Below, in pieces: positions 1 to 12,610 of a stretch of 64,000 bases of DNA (positions are counted from its first letter, which is position 1; each line of letters opens with the position of its first letter). The stretch spans positions 36,456,001-36,520,000 of the forward strand of contig NC_043006.1 in the NCBI RefSeq assembly GCF_006345805.1, given 5' to 3'. The translations under genes and the position numbers were made by a program. The notes beneath the pieces were generated by a model, which saw only the letters and a list, made by a program, of their open reading frames with translations, had not been told where the DNA came from and did no database searches. Origin of the DNA: Octopus sinensis (lineage: Eukaryota).

Positions 1-74
1 AGACTCTGTGTGATTTAGATTGGATGAGGGTTGTACTGTTGGTGGTGTTGTGATTGCTAGATCATGAAATTTGC

Positions 75-275
75 TGATGTGGTTTAACCCCAGGTCAATT
101 CCAGTGGAGCAGATCTATGAATGAAATCATTCCATCCATGACTGTAACATTGTTTTAAGGATCTGTAGAATGTAGGGCTTCAATATCTAATGTAACCTTT
201 CCTTTCTCAAGATGGTAGGGTAGCATTTGAAAGATATTTGGTTGCTATTTATAGCAGATCAAGTAATCTCATATC
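75..275 (+). repeat. Unclassified dispersed repeat family D
   Basis: The motif aagatggtagggt...atttggttgctatttatagcag recurs at about 38150-38260, 42700-42890, 48070-48260 and 56350-56500 (+), and at about 28440-28640 and 63320-63550 (-). Confidence 0.6.
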
Positions 276-799
276 TGGATGTTATGCTCATGAAAATTGT
301 AGTGGTTTCTACAAGATAGTGGTGAAAGTTTAGCAATGTTTCTGGTGAGTTGGGGTTATGGTACTGTACTTGTTGTTTAGCCAAGTAGACTCATAGCATA
401 TAGGTAGCTGGTAAGGTGAAATGTTAATTCAAATTGTTGTTGTTGCTTTGCTTAGCTTTAATTGAGCAGATCTATGATCAAAGGCATTCTAGCTATGACC
501 ATGCTACCTTTTTGATGTATAAAGAACTATATTGTCCAGTATGTCCTTCCTTTTTTAAGACAAAATAATGTGATTTGATAGAGATTTGCCTGATATTTTT
601 TGCTGATTGAGCAATCATATAGAAACTCTTTTGTGGATCATCCAAAGGGACACATGTAGTGAGAGGTTTGCCTTCCCAAAATGGCATTGGTTACCCTTAC
701 TGACAAACAAAAATAAACCTGTTTTGCTAGCAACCTTTGTCAGCTACAACCTTTTTCATGCAAGAGAATTCTTTCCCTGTAAATGTGGGTCTATGATGC

Positions 800-1440
<641 letters not shown>

Positions 1441-2542
1441 TGTGACTATAAATTATATGATATGGATATGCATAATCAAAGAATGGTCACACATATAATA
1501 CAGATCTAGCTCAATGCAAGTATATCTTTGTCTAAGTGATGTCTAACAATGACATTTCTTACTTGTTACCATTGCCACCAGTAAGAGAGAGAAGGGCAGC
1601 AGCACCTATGGCATTATCTTGGGGCCCTCAAGATTGAAGTGGATGTGTAAGTGAAATAAACATGACTCATGAAAGCATTGCACCCACAAATTTTGAGTTA
1701 TTTGAATGCTTCTATCTGATTAGAGACTGCTAACCACCCTCAAGGTCCTGGCTGTGGTATTAAACAGAAAACAAATTAGGTTTATTACTCTTGGTTTTCT
1801 CATTGTTAACATACAACATTGATTTGTTGTAAACAAATTTTCTTCAAAGTATGTATTAATAAGAATGTATGTAAAGAAACAGGCATAAAGAGAAAGAAAT
1901 ACCCAGAAAGCAATCCTGATGATTGGGGGAGAAAATTGAATTGCCATCCTTTTGTTAACAGTAAAGTACATTATACATAATGAATATTGTATAATATTGT
2001 ATGATGTATAATATTACCTAATTATTTATCTTACATTTTTATTTCTTTGTTCACATGTATTTTATGTTTATATGTGATTTGCTGTAATTGATATGTATAG
2101 ATATATGCATATAAATTGTATGTGTGTGCGTGCACACATGCATGTGCATGCGTAAACTTATGTAAGGATGTATAGTATATTCTCTAGAAACTAGCTCATT
2201 AACAAATACTTATAATCATAGCTCATTAATAAATCAACTTAGGATTTGTTTCTAATTACTTAAGCAAAGTGGAAGAGAATTGATTTCTGCTTAAATATAA
2301 TTGTATAGTTAATAGAGTGTAAAGTCAGTTTAGTTGAGTGGCACTTGTCCTCTGTCTCAATTCGAAATAGTGCAATAATATAGTGAAATATGTCTGATTA
2401 GGTGTGTGTTTAGGGGAATGAGAACTGGTATATAAACAATAATGCCTTAGTTGTGTCATGAAGAATAGGACCTCAGTGGTACTCTGTCTTGGCACAAACC
2501 TAAACTGTGTCTCATACATAAATATATGCATTATATAATATA

Positions 2543-2975
2543 TGAGCAAGTGTTTCCTACTATAGCCAGGCTAACCAAAGCTTTGTGAATGAATTTGGTA
2601 GATAGAAACTGTGTAGAAGGCTGTCCCCAAACACATAGTTCTGGGTTCAGTCACACTGTACGGCACCTTGGGTAAGTGTGTTCTACTTTAGCCTCAGGCC
2701 AGCCAAAGTTTTGTGAGTGGATCTGGTAGATAGAAACTGGAAGAAGCCTCTGTGTGTGCATGTTTCTTCCCCTTACTACTTGACAACTGGTGTTGTCAAG
2801 TATTTAGTTTTTTTTATATCCCTGTAACTTAGCAGTCCAGCTAAAGAGACTGATAGAATAAGTACCGGGCTTTAAAAGAACAATAGTACAGGGGTGGTTT
2901 TATTCAACAGAAAATCCTTCCAGGCAGTGCCCCACTAATGGCTACGGTTCAATGACTGAACAAGTAAAAGGTAAC
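2543..2975 (+). mobile_element. SINE family A, diverged copy with a partial duplicated head
   Basis: Head motifs (ggttcagtc, ccttgggtaagtg, ttgtgagtggat..ggtagatagaaactg) plus tail (gatagaataagtac...aatgactgaacaagtaaaag). Confidence 0.75.
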
Positions 2976-2982
2976 AAACCAC

Positions 2983-3064
2983 ATCCACTCATCACTCCTA
3001 TATATGTATGCACTCACCACTCCTATATATGTATCCACTCACCACTCCTATACATGCATGCACC
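2983..3064. repeat. Minisatellite, about 26-bp unit, about 3 copies
   Basis: Repeated cactcaccactcctatatatgtat. Confidence 0.85.
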
Positions 3065-3157
3065 CTCATATAACAGTTAACCAAGTTAGTGTAGAATCTT
3101 CTTTACAAATAGCCTCTTGGTTTAGTATAAGGAAGGAAATATTACACACTGAGTGAG

Positions 3158-3439
3158 GCTAAGCAGTGCTACTTTGGCATGTGATCTACAAGAGAGATTA
3201 CTTTAGGTTACCTTTTAAATTATTTTGTACATACTTAGAATTGTAAATGTATTTTTTAAAAATTCTTACCAGTTTGATAATAAGAAAACAATATAATTAA
3301 AATAAGCATATAGATCACCCACGAAAGTAAATTTGCTCATGTAGATGACATGGAAGGTAGCACTAATACAAAGTAAACTAAAAAGTAACCTAAAGCAATC
3401 TCCCATGTAGACCACATGCCAAAGTAGCATCAGCTGAGC
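3158..3439. mobile_element. MITE-like element with about 64-bp inverted repeats
   Basis: 3158-3221 (gctaagcagtgctactttggcatgtgatctac...taggttaccttt) matches the reverse complement of 3376-3439 at about 80%. Confidence 0.65.
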
Positions 3440-3571
3440 TTTTGACCACATATCTTGCTACCTTTATAATTATGGCATTGATTTCTTTTCGTGCAAACCA
3501 GGCACTGTCAGGAAATATGAAAAGCTCAACATTGATTCAGTTAATCAATCTACTTATCATTTGTTTTAACT

Positions 3572-3866
3572 GAATTGGCCATGTGGTTAAGAAATCTGCT
3601 TTGCAACCATGTGATTTCAGATTCAGTTCCACTGCACAGTACTTTGGGCAAGTGGCTTCTACCATAGTGCCAGACGGATTCATAGCTTGTGAGTGAATTT
3701 GGGAGATGAAAACTGCAAAACCCCATCATGTGTGTGTGGAGGAGTATGTTTTACAACAGGTGTTGGTTTGTTTACATCCCCATAACTTCGTGGTTAGGCA
3801 AAAGAGACCAATAGAATAAGCACCAGACTTAAAAATTAAGTGCTGGTGTTGATTTATTTGACTAAA
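3572..3866 (+). mobile_element. SINE family A, diverged copy
   Basis: Same head and tail motifs as 57551-57982. Confidence 0.7.
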
Positions 3867-3867
3867 C

Positions 3868-3960
3868 TAGTGGTTCTCAATCATTTTTCTACCTATAGAC
3901 CCCTTTGTTACCTGTTTTACTCAGGTGGACCATTATGACCATTTGATATCTAAAAATCCT
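3868..3960 (+). mobile_element. hAT (Charlie-like) terminal remnant
   Basis: tagtggttctcaatcattttt...atagacccct resembles the CAGTGGTTCTCAACC hAT terminus. The partner end was not found. Confidence 0.4.
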
Positions 3961-3994
3961 ATTATTGAGTTAAGTAGAACCAAAATCATAGCTG

Positions 3995-4460
3995 TGGTCT
4001 GTGCCCCTGACTGGCTCCTGAGCCAGTGGCACATAAAAAGCACCATCCGAATGTGGCCAAACAGTATCTCCTGACTAGCTACCGTGCTAGTGGCACATAA
4101 GCACTAGCTGAACGTGATCAATGCCAGGGCCGCCTGACTGGCTCCAATGGCATGTAAACAGCATCCGAATGTGGCCAATGCCTGTGCTCCCTGACTGACT
4201 CCTGTGCCAGTGGAATGTAAAAGCACTATCTGAACATGATCGATGCCAGGCACACCTGACTGGCTCCTGTGCTGGTGGCACATAAAAAGCACCCACTACA
4301 CCCTTGGAGTGGTTGGTGTTAGGAAGGGCATCCTGCTGTAGAAACATTACCAGATCAGATTGAATCTTGGTGCAGCCGCTGGCTTTCCAGACCTCAGTCA
4401 AACTGTCCAACCTATGCCAGCTCAGAAAATGGATGTTAAACGATGATGATGACGATGATA
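3995..4460 (+). mobile_element. Family C copy with about five degenerate 60-bp units
   Basis: Repeated gtggcacataaaaagcaccatccgaatgtggcc units, then the C body and (GAT)n tail. Confidence 0.8.
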
Positions 4461-5086
4461 AATTAAATATTAGGAATTGTATTCAAATTGTCAAAATAGC
4501 TTGTGTATTGTAGAAAGTATAACCAACTTATGACAGGTTTCCATACAGTTTCCATTTATTAAATTTATTCAAAGGGTATTGATTAGCCCAGAGCTATAGA
4601 AGACACTTACCCCAGATGCCACACAGTGGGACTGAACTTCAAAACATGTGGTTTCTTAAGCTTCTTAACTATACAGCTATACCTGTGTCTTTAAGATACA
4701 TAAGATAATAACATAGTTTCTTTCTCTTGTCAGTCGGTCATATGATATGTTGGCCTCTCTCATCTGTTGGTTTCTCTTCTTGTGTCACAGTACTCAGTCT
4801 GTTTAATGTTATCTCTCTCTTATTGGCAATGTCAGTCTTTTCCATTCCTGTTTACTCAATGTTTTCCTCTTTTACATTTTCTTTTGCTCTCCCTCTCCCT
4901 CTGTCTGTCTGTCTCTCTATCTCTCTCTCTTTCTTTCTCCTTCTCTCAGCAAACACATTTCATTGCCACCCTCTTGTCTTACGATGATTTTGCCTCCTCA
5001 AAATTGTTTCTTTCATTTTGTATTACTTTTTCCTAACATCTTTTTTAATTTTTGAACTTGCACACGCATATACACAAATGTGCATG

Positions 5087-5117
<31 letters not shown>

Positions 5118-5374
5118 AACCTTATGGATTATATTACATAATGACAGTGTTGAACTCTTCGTGCGATTAACCCCAACACTTGAAGTATTTAGTTTACTGC
5201 TGCTCTTTCACAGTTAATCAAAAAATCATTTATAACAACTAAATTAGGTTTCATTTCTCTTTTCTTTTCCTCTTTTCCTCTGCTTCTTTCCTTTCTCTCA
5301 TCCAATTCCACTGTCTTTCATGCTTATATATTTACACAATCCCCCCCTCTCTCTCTTTATCTCTATCTATCCAT

Positions 5375-5655
5375 CACTCAGTATAAGTGTGCTTCAAGCC
5401 TACTGGCTCATGAGGCCAGACCATCCCCCGATTTTCAAGGTGTTTAGATGACTTTAGTGTAAGACTTCAGAAGAGGATATCAATCTATAGGCTAGTTAAC
5501 TTCTTCCCCTAGTTAGCACTCATATCTCATTTTCAGCTGAGTGGATTGTAGTAATGTGAAATACAGTGCCTTGCTCAAGAACACAATGCATTAGCCAGTT
5601 CTAGAATCAAATATCCAAACTTATGATTGTGAGCCCAGCCCTCTAACCACTAAGT
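5375..5655 (-). mobile_element. SINE family F (tRNA head plus CORE-like segment)
   Basis: Minus strand reads tagtggttagaggg...tgtgttcttgagcaaggcactgtatttcac...ccactcagctg. A related plus-strand head lies at 12808-12950. Confidence 0.6.
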
Positions 5656-6007
5656 TACTATAGACCTTCATTAATTCTTAGTATCCTTATCCTTAATTCA
5701 GTTTCTCTGTCTTACTATCATTATCATTGAAACATCTACTTTTCCATGCTTTTATGTGTCAGATGGCATTTATTGAGGCACATATTTACAGTCAGATGTC
5801 CTTTTTGTTGCTAGTCCTCACCTGTGTCTAAGTTAGGTAATACTTCCCTATGACTAGCCCTGTTTTTGCAGAATATATTGGAAATGAATAATAGTGCTTG
5901 TATGATAGTAACACCCATTCACAATCACCAAACTATGTCAAAGAAAGGGAGTCACAATCATGCATTTACTCTCACTCATATATATACATACATACATACA
6001 TATATAT

Positions 6008-6200
6008 ATCATCATCATCGTTTAACGTACGCTTTCCATGTTGGCATGGGTTGAATGGTTTGACTGAGGACTGGCAAGCCAGATGGCTGCACCAGGCTCC
6101 AATCTGATCTGGCAGAGTTTCTACAGCTGGATGCCCTTCCTAGTGCCAACCACTCCAAGAGTGTAGCGGGTGCTTTTATGTGCCTCCGGCACAAGGGCCA
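6008..6200 (-). mobile_element. Family C copy
   Basis: catcatcatcgtttaacgt...ggatgcccttcctagtgccaaccactcc (reverse complement of the C body and tail). Confidence 0.8.
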
Positions 6201-6202
6201 AG

Positions 6203-6599
6203 AATCAAAACCAAGGCAGAACAAGTGTCTCAAGTCATTTAAAATAATTTAATTAGGGTAAAGTGAATTTGAAGTCTTACAGCCATTTCTGGGATAACCC
6301 AAGTGGTTGGTTAGCAGTCTGTGCACTAGGTATTCTGTCATCAGTGACAAGGTATGAATATTTTAGACAGGGAAAATTTACAGTTTACAAGGAATAAAAT
6401 TCACAGTTTATAAGGAGTAAAGCAAAAGAATAAAGTAGTAAGATAAAAGAATAAAGAGTAAAAGTAGTTAGAGAAATATATATGCAGGAGAATAACCACT
6501 TGGGTTATCCCAGAAGCGGCTGTAAGACTTCAAATTCACCTTACCTTAATTTAATTATTCTGAATGACTTGAGATACTCATTCTGCCTTGGTTTTGATT
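6203..6599. mobile_element. Foldback/MITE-like element with about 105-bp terminal inverted repeats
   Basis: 6203-6308 is the reverse complement of 6494-6599 at roughly 88-90% identity (by eye), with a 185-bp A-rich spacer. No clear TSD. Confidence 0.75.
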
Positions 6600-8279
6600 T
6601 TTCCATTAAAATAATATATACTTGCTATAATGGAACCTAACACAGATCCTTAGATCCAGCCTTAGCTGTGATCTTGGAACCTAATGGTCGACCAATTATA
6701 GCACTTACCAAGCATACCTATTTGTTTAGATCACAAGTGAACTAAACCGCTCATATTCTTTATATATATATACCATTAATTCAGTTTCAATGTCTGTCTT
6801 AGTTTCCTTATCAGTATCTCTTCTTTCAAATATGTTTCTCTTTTCTCCCTCCCTGTCACACAAATTCTCTTCATTTTCAATTTCTCATTCTTTCCTCGGT
6901 TCTGTTTTTTTCCTTCATCACTACTACTGCCACCACTAACTACTACAACAAACTCACCAGCCACATTTACACAAATTTATCAGTCAGACAAACTGGATAA
7001 GTACCTCAAATTAATAGTAAATCAATAGATCAATAGTTAAACAACAGAGGCGCAAAATCCCTGATTTTCAATGAATCTAATCGCTTTCTATGGCATTCTT
7101 CGATAATATTAGCTTTTGAGATGTGCAAATGAGGTAGCTTTACTTACCAATTGTATGTTTGTGTGTGTGCACATACATGTACATTATGTCAGATTATATT
7201 TCATGTATATTAAGATGTATATATATATATATCTTTCATTCATTTTCTATGACTTTTCATGTCTATATATCTGTTATTTGTTTTTCTATCTATCTTTTTA
7301 TTGCTTCTCTATTTGACTACACCTCTCTACTCATGTCAATCTACATGTTTTTCCTATGTATCTATATTTCTATACATCTCTTTCCATGTCTTGCCATCTA
7401 TTTGTCTATATGTTTGTGTATTTATGTATGTTTTCATCTCTCTACCCACCTTATCAATCTCTATCATTCTTCCTCTCTCTCTCTCACTCACTGTTTCTCC
7501 CTCACTCTTTTCTTTGCCTCTTACTCTTTCACTTTCTCCCTGCTCTCTCTCATCACTCTCACACACTGTCCCTCTCTCTCTTTAATCTTTCTCACCCACT
7601 CACTCTCACATTCTCCATATCCACTACAGTTGCTCTGTATTGTGATTATGATATCCACATTCAGTGTAGTTAACTTTGTTTACTTGTTAGCAGGTTTCAT
7701 ATCCCATTTAATATCATAACTGTTCATTAGGTGGTATCATGAATAAGTTATGTGATTTTATGAAAAACCATTCCATTGATTTATTCATGAACATGTGTAT
7801 GCAAGTATATTTGTGTGTGTGTGTGTGACTACACATGTGTATTTATGTGTGATTTCCTTTACTACATTATAACACTTTTTCCTTCCAGAAATATTTTACA
7901 TATTTAAATGTTTGCATATTATTTTTATTTTCATGTTGTTGTTGTTGTTATTTTATGATTAGATGGCTGTCTTTTCCATTGCTAAACTATTTAACTACTT
8001 CTTTACCCAGCAAGTGCCAGTCATACATAGTAAATGTCTATAACAGCACGGCCACCTCACTTGCAGGCATCAGCTAACACACGTCCACCATTTCCTCTCC
8101 AATAAAAGTTTGTGTTCTACATACAATACATTATGCATATCTGTATGTATACTCAGTGATAATTCAAGAAGTTTCAGCTTGAAATAATGTATGTATAGCA
8201 TACATGCATGTATAAAAACGTGTGTGTGTGTGCGTATAAACATATATACATAAAAACATATGTGTACTTATGTACATAC

Positions 8280-9240
8280 GTGTGTATATGTATTTGGAAA
8301 AGTTTTAGAAAAGATTCTTGATATAGTCACAATATCTGAAGATTGTCTTGAATTACTTAATCTTTTTATATATTTTTAACAAAATGACACAAATCTTTTG
8401 GAAATAAGTTTTTTTTCGATTGTGTGCTTTCGCTGTTTACAGCTTTTCAAACACACATTATGGTATCATCTATATAAAGGAAATTGTTTTCAGTAGCAGT
8501 TTTGATTGTTTCTAGATCAGTTTCAATTTAGAATTCTCATATAAAATCTTCTTCTTTTGCCTTTTTTTGTTGATCATTTTCTTTCTTTATTTTGAAACAA
8601 AGGTAATATTTTGAATTTTCCATTTGCACAAATGTCTAGATTTTCACTACATGGAACATTTTAAAGAGGTGAATCTTTAATTAGCTGCTTATGTACCCTG
8701 ACCCACTGTATTAATTTTGATCTTGTTTTGCCAATATATTTTTCATTGCCTTGTGGCTATTTGATACAATTAATGAGACTTTCTGTTTTGTAATTCATAT
8801 TTACATAAACTTTCAATTCCTCCCTATTTTTAAATGTTTTTGGTTTTACTCTCTTTAAATATTTCACACATCTCACAACAAAGGTTTCAAATATTTGGTT
8901 ACTTGCATTATTTCTTATTCTGGTGTGAATTTCACCTGTTAAGAGTCTTATTAGATTTACTAGTTGTCTTTGATTGTTGATATTTTGTGGTACTTCAGTT
9001 ATTTCCCTGAGGTTTGTTGACTGATGTAAAATTGAAAGGTATCATTCGAGTAAAATTAAAATGTTATGGTTTCTATGATTATTGGTGACTACAAATGGAA
9101 TATTTCTTTATGTCTTCACTGCTATTATGAAGATTTCTCCATAAGACAGAGATTAGGATCTCTTTTACCTTATTAATGGCATGATTTACTAAGAGAGGCA
9201 TAGTAGAACTAAAATTATTTGTTCATAAACAGAAGTACCT
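8280..9240 (-). mobile_element. Decayed Penelope-like element (RT thumb/linker plus GIY-YIG endonuclease)
   Basis: Minus-strand translation gives IPFVVTNNHRN, QRQLVNLIRLLT, FKNREELKVYVNMNYKTESLINCIK*PQGNEKYIGKT, RVHKQLIKD and CSENLDICANGKFKILP, matching the typical PLE GIY-YIG motif order. Confidence 0.85.
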
Positions 9241-9332
9241 AAAAAAACTGCGTGTGTATGTGTGTAAAGACAAAGTGAAAAGTGAATCAGTCAACACACA
9301 CTTTTCATAAACTTTGGAAATTCCTCACATTT

Positions 9333-9396
<64 letters not shown>

Positions 9397-9784
9397 TAAA
9401 TAAATAAAATGTGAGGAATTTCCCAAGTGTATGAATGAAAAATGTGTGTTGATTGATTCATACTTTTCACTTTGTCTTTACAGTCTTGTAGCAAAATCTA
9501 TTTTTACTCTAAAACTTTCAAATAGAATTATGGAAAAACTGGTGATGTGTGGATCAACAAGATTTTTTTTTAAGCAAAGATGTAGCTCAAGGGAACCAAA
9601 AGTCTTCAGTGTTATGGTATTGCTAATAATAAAAGTAATAATGATCTTCCCTTTATTCATGCCACAAATATATTGAATGGGGAAACATTACGGGAACAGA
9701 TTACAAAAAAAAAAAAGAAAAGAAATGTAAAGCTATCATGTATGAATTGGCCAGGAAAGAAACCCCATGAATCTAGAATTCCTC

Positions 9785-10200
9785 TTAATACAAAGAGTGC
9801 CTTCTCACTTTTTCATGCTTGCATGGATTGGACAGAATTTGGTAAGGTGGATTTTCTACAACCAGATGCCCTTCCTGTCACCAACCTTCACCTCTTTCCA
9901 AGTAAGATAATATTTTCCCATGACCAAATATATTTTCATGGAAGATTGGAAGTGGAGGACACTGCTTGCATGACAGTGACACTCATTTACAACTGTCACA
10001 CAAAGTCAAGGCAAGGAGGCAGTCACACATAAATGCATGCATACATACGCACATGACAGGTTTCTTTCAGGTTCTGACCACCAAATTCACTCATAGAGCT
10101 TTGGTCAGCCTGGGGTGTCACACAGTGGAACTGAATCTAAAACCATGTAGGTGGGAAGCAGACTTCTTACTCCACAGCCACGCCTGCACCTAGCCACTCA
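9785..10200 (-). mobile_element. SINE with head A joined to alternative tail E
   Basis: Head A at 10065-10200, then tail E (gatgcccttcctgtcaccaacc...ttttcatgcttgcatgg). The same arrangement occurs at 18548-18945, 46255-46615 and 63603-64000. Confidence 0.75.
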
Positions 10201-10462
10201 CCCACACCTATATGTATGTACGCACACACGTGTGTGTGTTTATAAAGTTGAAAAGAAAGTACATGATTATGGTTTACTGTTGTTATAACTGGCAAATTAT
10301 CAAATGTGTAATCCAAAGAAAGGATTATACATTTGCTAATTCGCCAGCTGAAACCATAGTAAAATGTAATTTGATATTGTTGTGTCAACTTAATTTAATT
10401 TATTTATTTTGCTCTGTCTCTAGCATTGAGGACTTTATAGTAGTTATTGTACAAATATTGCA

Positions 10463-10499
<37 letters not shown>

Positions 10500-10597
10500 T
10501 GTTTAAATATGTACACGTAGTGTTGTGCATAGAAACAACCATTAATTGAAGGATCACTCAATACATTTAATTAGATTATTAATATTTTTCATATTAA

Positions 10598-10763
10598 CCC
10601 ACATAAGACTGCTCCTGGTTTTATGATGCTAACTTCCTGTTTAAAGTGATCTTAATTAAAAACCCTCCATCAAAATTTCATGTCAATTTATCTAATTCTT
10701 CAATTCTCTAAATTTATTGAAATAACAGCTGTGTATCTCGACAAAAATATTGTAATGAAAGGG
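10598..10763. mobile_element. Second, more decayed copy of the TTAA-flanked MITE family
   Basis: aattaaaaaccctccatcaaaatttcatgtcaatttat and atctcgacaaaaatattgtaatgaaagggttaa align to the reverse complement of 46835-46980. The left boundary is uncertain. Confidence 0.5.
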
Positions 10764-10900
10764 TTAAAGAAAAATATTGATATGTTGAGTTGGAAGTTTC
10801 ACTGATCATTGGTTTCATTAGACTGTCTTTTATAATACACATATGAAATTCATTTTTAAAGATGGAACATAGATAAAGCTATGAATATTAATGTATAAAA

Positions 10901-11118
10901 ATCCTTTTCTACTCTAGGCACAAGGTCCAAAATTTTGGGGGAGGGGGACAGTTGATTAGATCGACCTCAGTATGCAACTAGTACTTAATTTATCGAACCT
11001 GAAAGGATGAAAGGCAAAGTCAACCTTGGCAGAATTTGAACTCAAAATGTAAAGACAGACGAAATACCACTAAGCATTTCGCCCACCGTGCTAACATTTC
11101 TGTCAGCTCACCACCTTA
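10901..11118 (-). mobile_element. SINE family B (tRNA head plus gcctttcatcctttcggggtcgataaa core)
   Basis: Reverse complement of the family consensus aaggcggcgagctggcagaatcgttagc...ttctgagttcaaattccgccgaggtcaactttgcctttcatcc. Confidence 0.85.
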
Positions 11119-11163
11119 TTAATGTGTAAATATTGGATTGGAAGAAACCCTATGGATATAAAA

Positions 11164-11232
11164 AGTTGAAGGCTGCCCATGGGGCATGAACCTACATCTT
11201 CTGTAAATATGATAGATGTTCTACCTTCAACT
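11164..11232 (-). pseudogene. Degenerate tRNA-like sequence (SINE head or tRNA pseudogene)
   Basis: Minus strand reads gttgaaggtagaacatct...acagaagatgtaggttcatgcccc, with decayed A/B-box-like motifs and a 9-bp terminal stem. Confidence 0.3.
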
Positions 11233-11284
11233 GTTTCTATTCAAAGGGTTTTTAAAGCCAATATTTACATTCTGTTTACATACT

Positions 11285-11518
11285 AAGGCGGCAAGCTGGC
11301 AGAAACGTTAGCATGCTGAGCAAAATGCTTATCTGTATTTCGTCTGTCTTTGCATACTGAGTTCAAATTCCACCGATGTCAACTTTGCCTTTCATCCTTT
11401 CGGGGTCGATTAAACAAGTACCAGTTACATACTGGGTCAATGTAATCAACTTAATCCCTTTGTCTGTCCTTGTTTGTCCCCTCTATGTTTAGCCCCCTGT
11501 GGGCAATAAAGAAACAGA
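11285..11518 (+). mobile_element. SINE family B, full-length
   Basis: aaggcggcaagctggcagaaacgttagc...gagttcaaattcc (B box)...gcctttcatcctttcggggtcgat...gggcaataaagaaa. Confidence 0.85.
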
Positions 11519-12139
11519 TATTTACATACTATTATTTATAGCGCTATCTACTTTGACTTTCACCATTAAAAACACAAATTATTTCATGCCTCAGCGTGAC
11601 AAGTGGTGTTGGTTTGTTTGTATTCTTGTAATTTAGCAGTCTAATGACTGAAACAAATAAAGCAATTTAAAAATAGGAAACTCACATACACAGATGCACA
11701 TTACCCCTCTACAAGTATCTTTGGATGTGTGTATTGATCATGCACACACACACACACACATTTAAACTTACACATGCATTTAAGTGTGACTGATTTATAT
11801 TGATTCTCATGAAGTCAGATACTTAACCACAGATGAGATGATATATATTGAAATAGGTATATTCTTGTAAGGACACTTTTAAAAATGAATGAACATATAC
11901 TCTATCATTACAATATATGGAATACTTTATTGAACAGTAGCCTTATTGATCTTTATTTGACAATTATGCTGAATATATATATATATAGTTACACATGCAT
12001 GTGTGTGTGTATACATAGCAGCTAATCAAGCTCATGTGTTTATATGTTTTCATGTATATATATATGCGTGTGTATATATATACGTAAGTGTTCTTGTGTG
12101 TATACACACACATTCACATGAGTAATGATGCATCATTTC

Positions 12140-12610
12140 TTTTGCACATCACGAAGATGGCAACAATGTACAAGAGAGCTGTAAGATGGATTTCAAGATT
12201 ATTTGGAATGAAAGAGTAAGAAACTCTGCTAGTTCTGTGGATAACAGTTGTTCTCAGCAGCCTGTGCTATTGTTCATAGCAGAACTTGAAGCAATCCAGC
12301 ATTGCTATCCACAGAAAACAGCTTCAGTGAACAACTAAACTGCTGGAGATGTTGACAACCATTTGGAGCTAAGACAGGAAAGATATGCAGTGATTTATTT
12401 ATGGGAGCTCCTTGAAGTGTTTGCACCAAGTTTTGGTATTTAGCTTTACCAATCACCAAACTGGTTGCCATTCTATTATCTTTGAAGGTCCTAGCTGCAC
12501 CCTAAAAGCTCAGTTCCACATATTGCAACTGCTTACAGTTCAAAGGCCCATAGCTTTTCAGTAACTTGCTGAAAAATTATTAAATCTACACTGTGGATAT
12601 AAATTTATTT
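12140..12610 (+). mobile_element. Decayed CR1/L2-group LINE, C-terminal RT region
   Basis: Frameshifted translation gives RAVRWISRLF...ETLLVLWITVVLSSLCYCS, IAELEAIQHCYPQKTAS and LELRQERYAVIYLWELLEVFAPSFGI, typical of CR1-group ORF2 C-termini. Confidence 0.8.
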
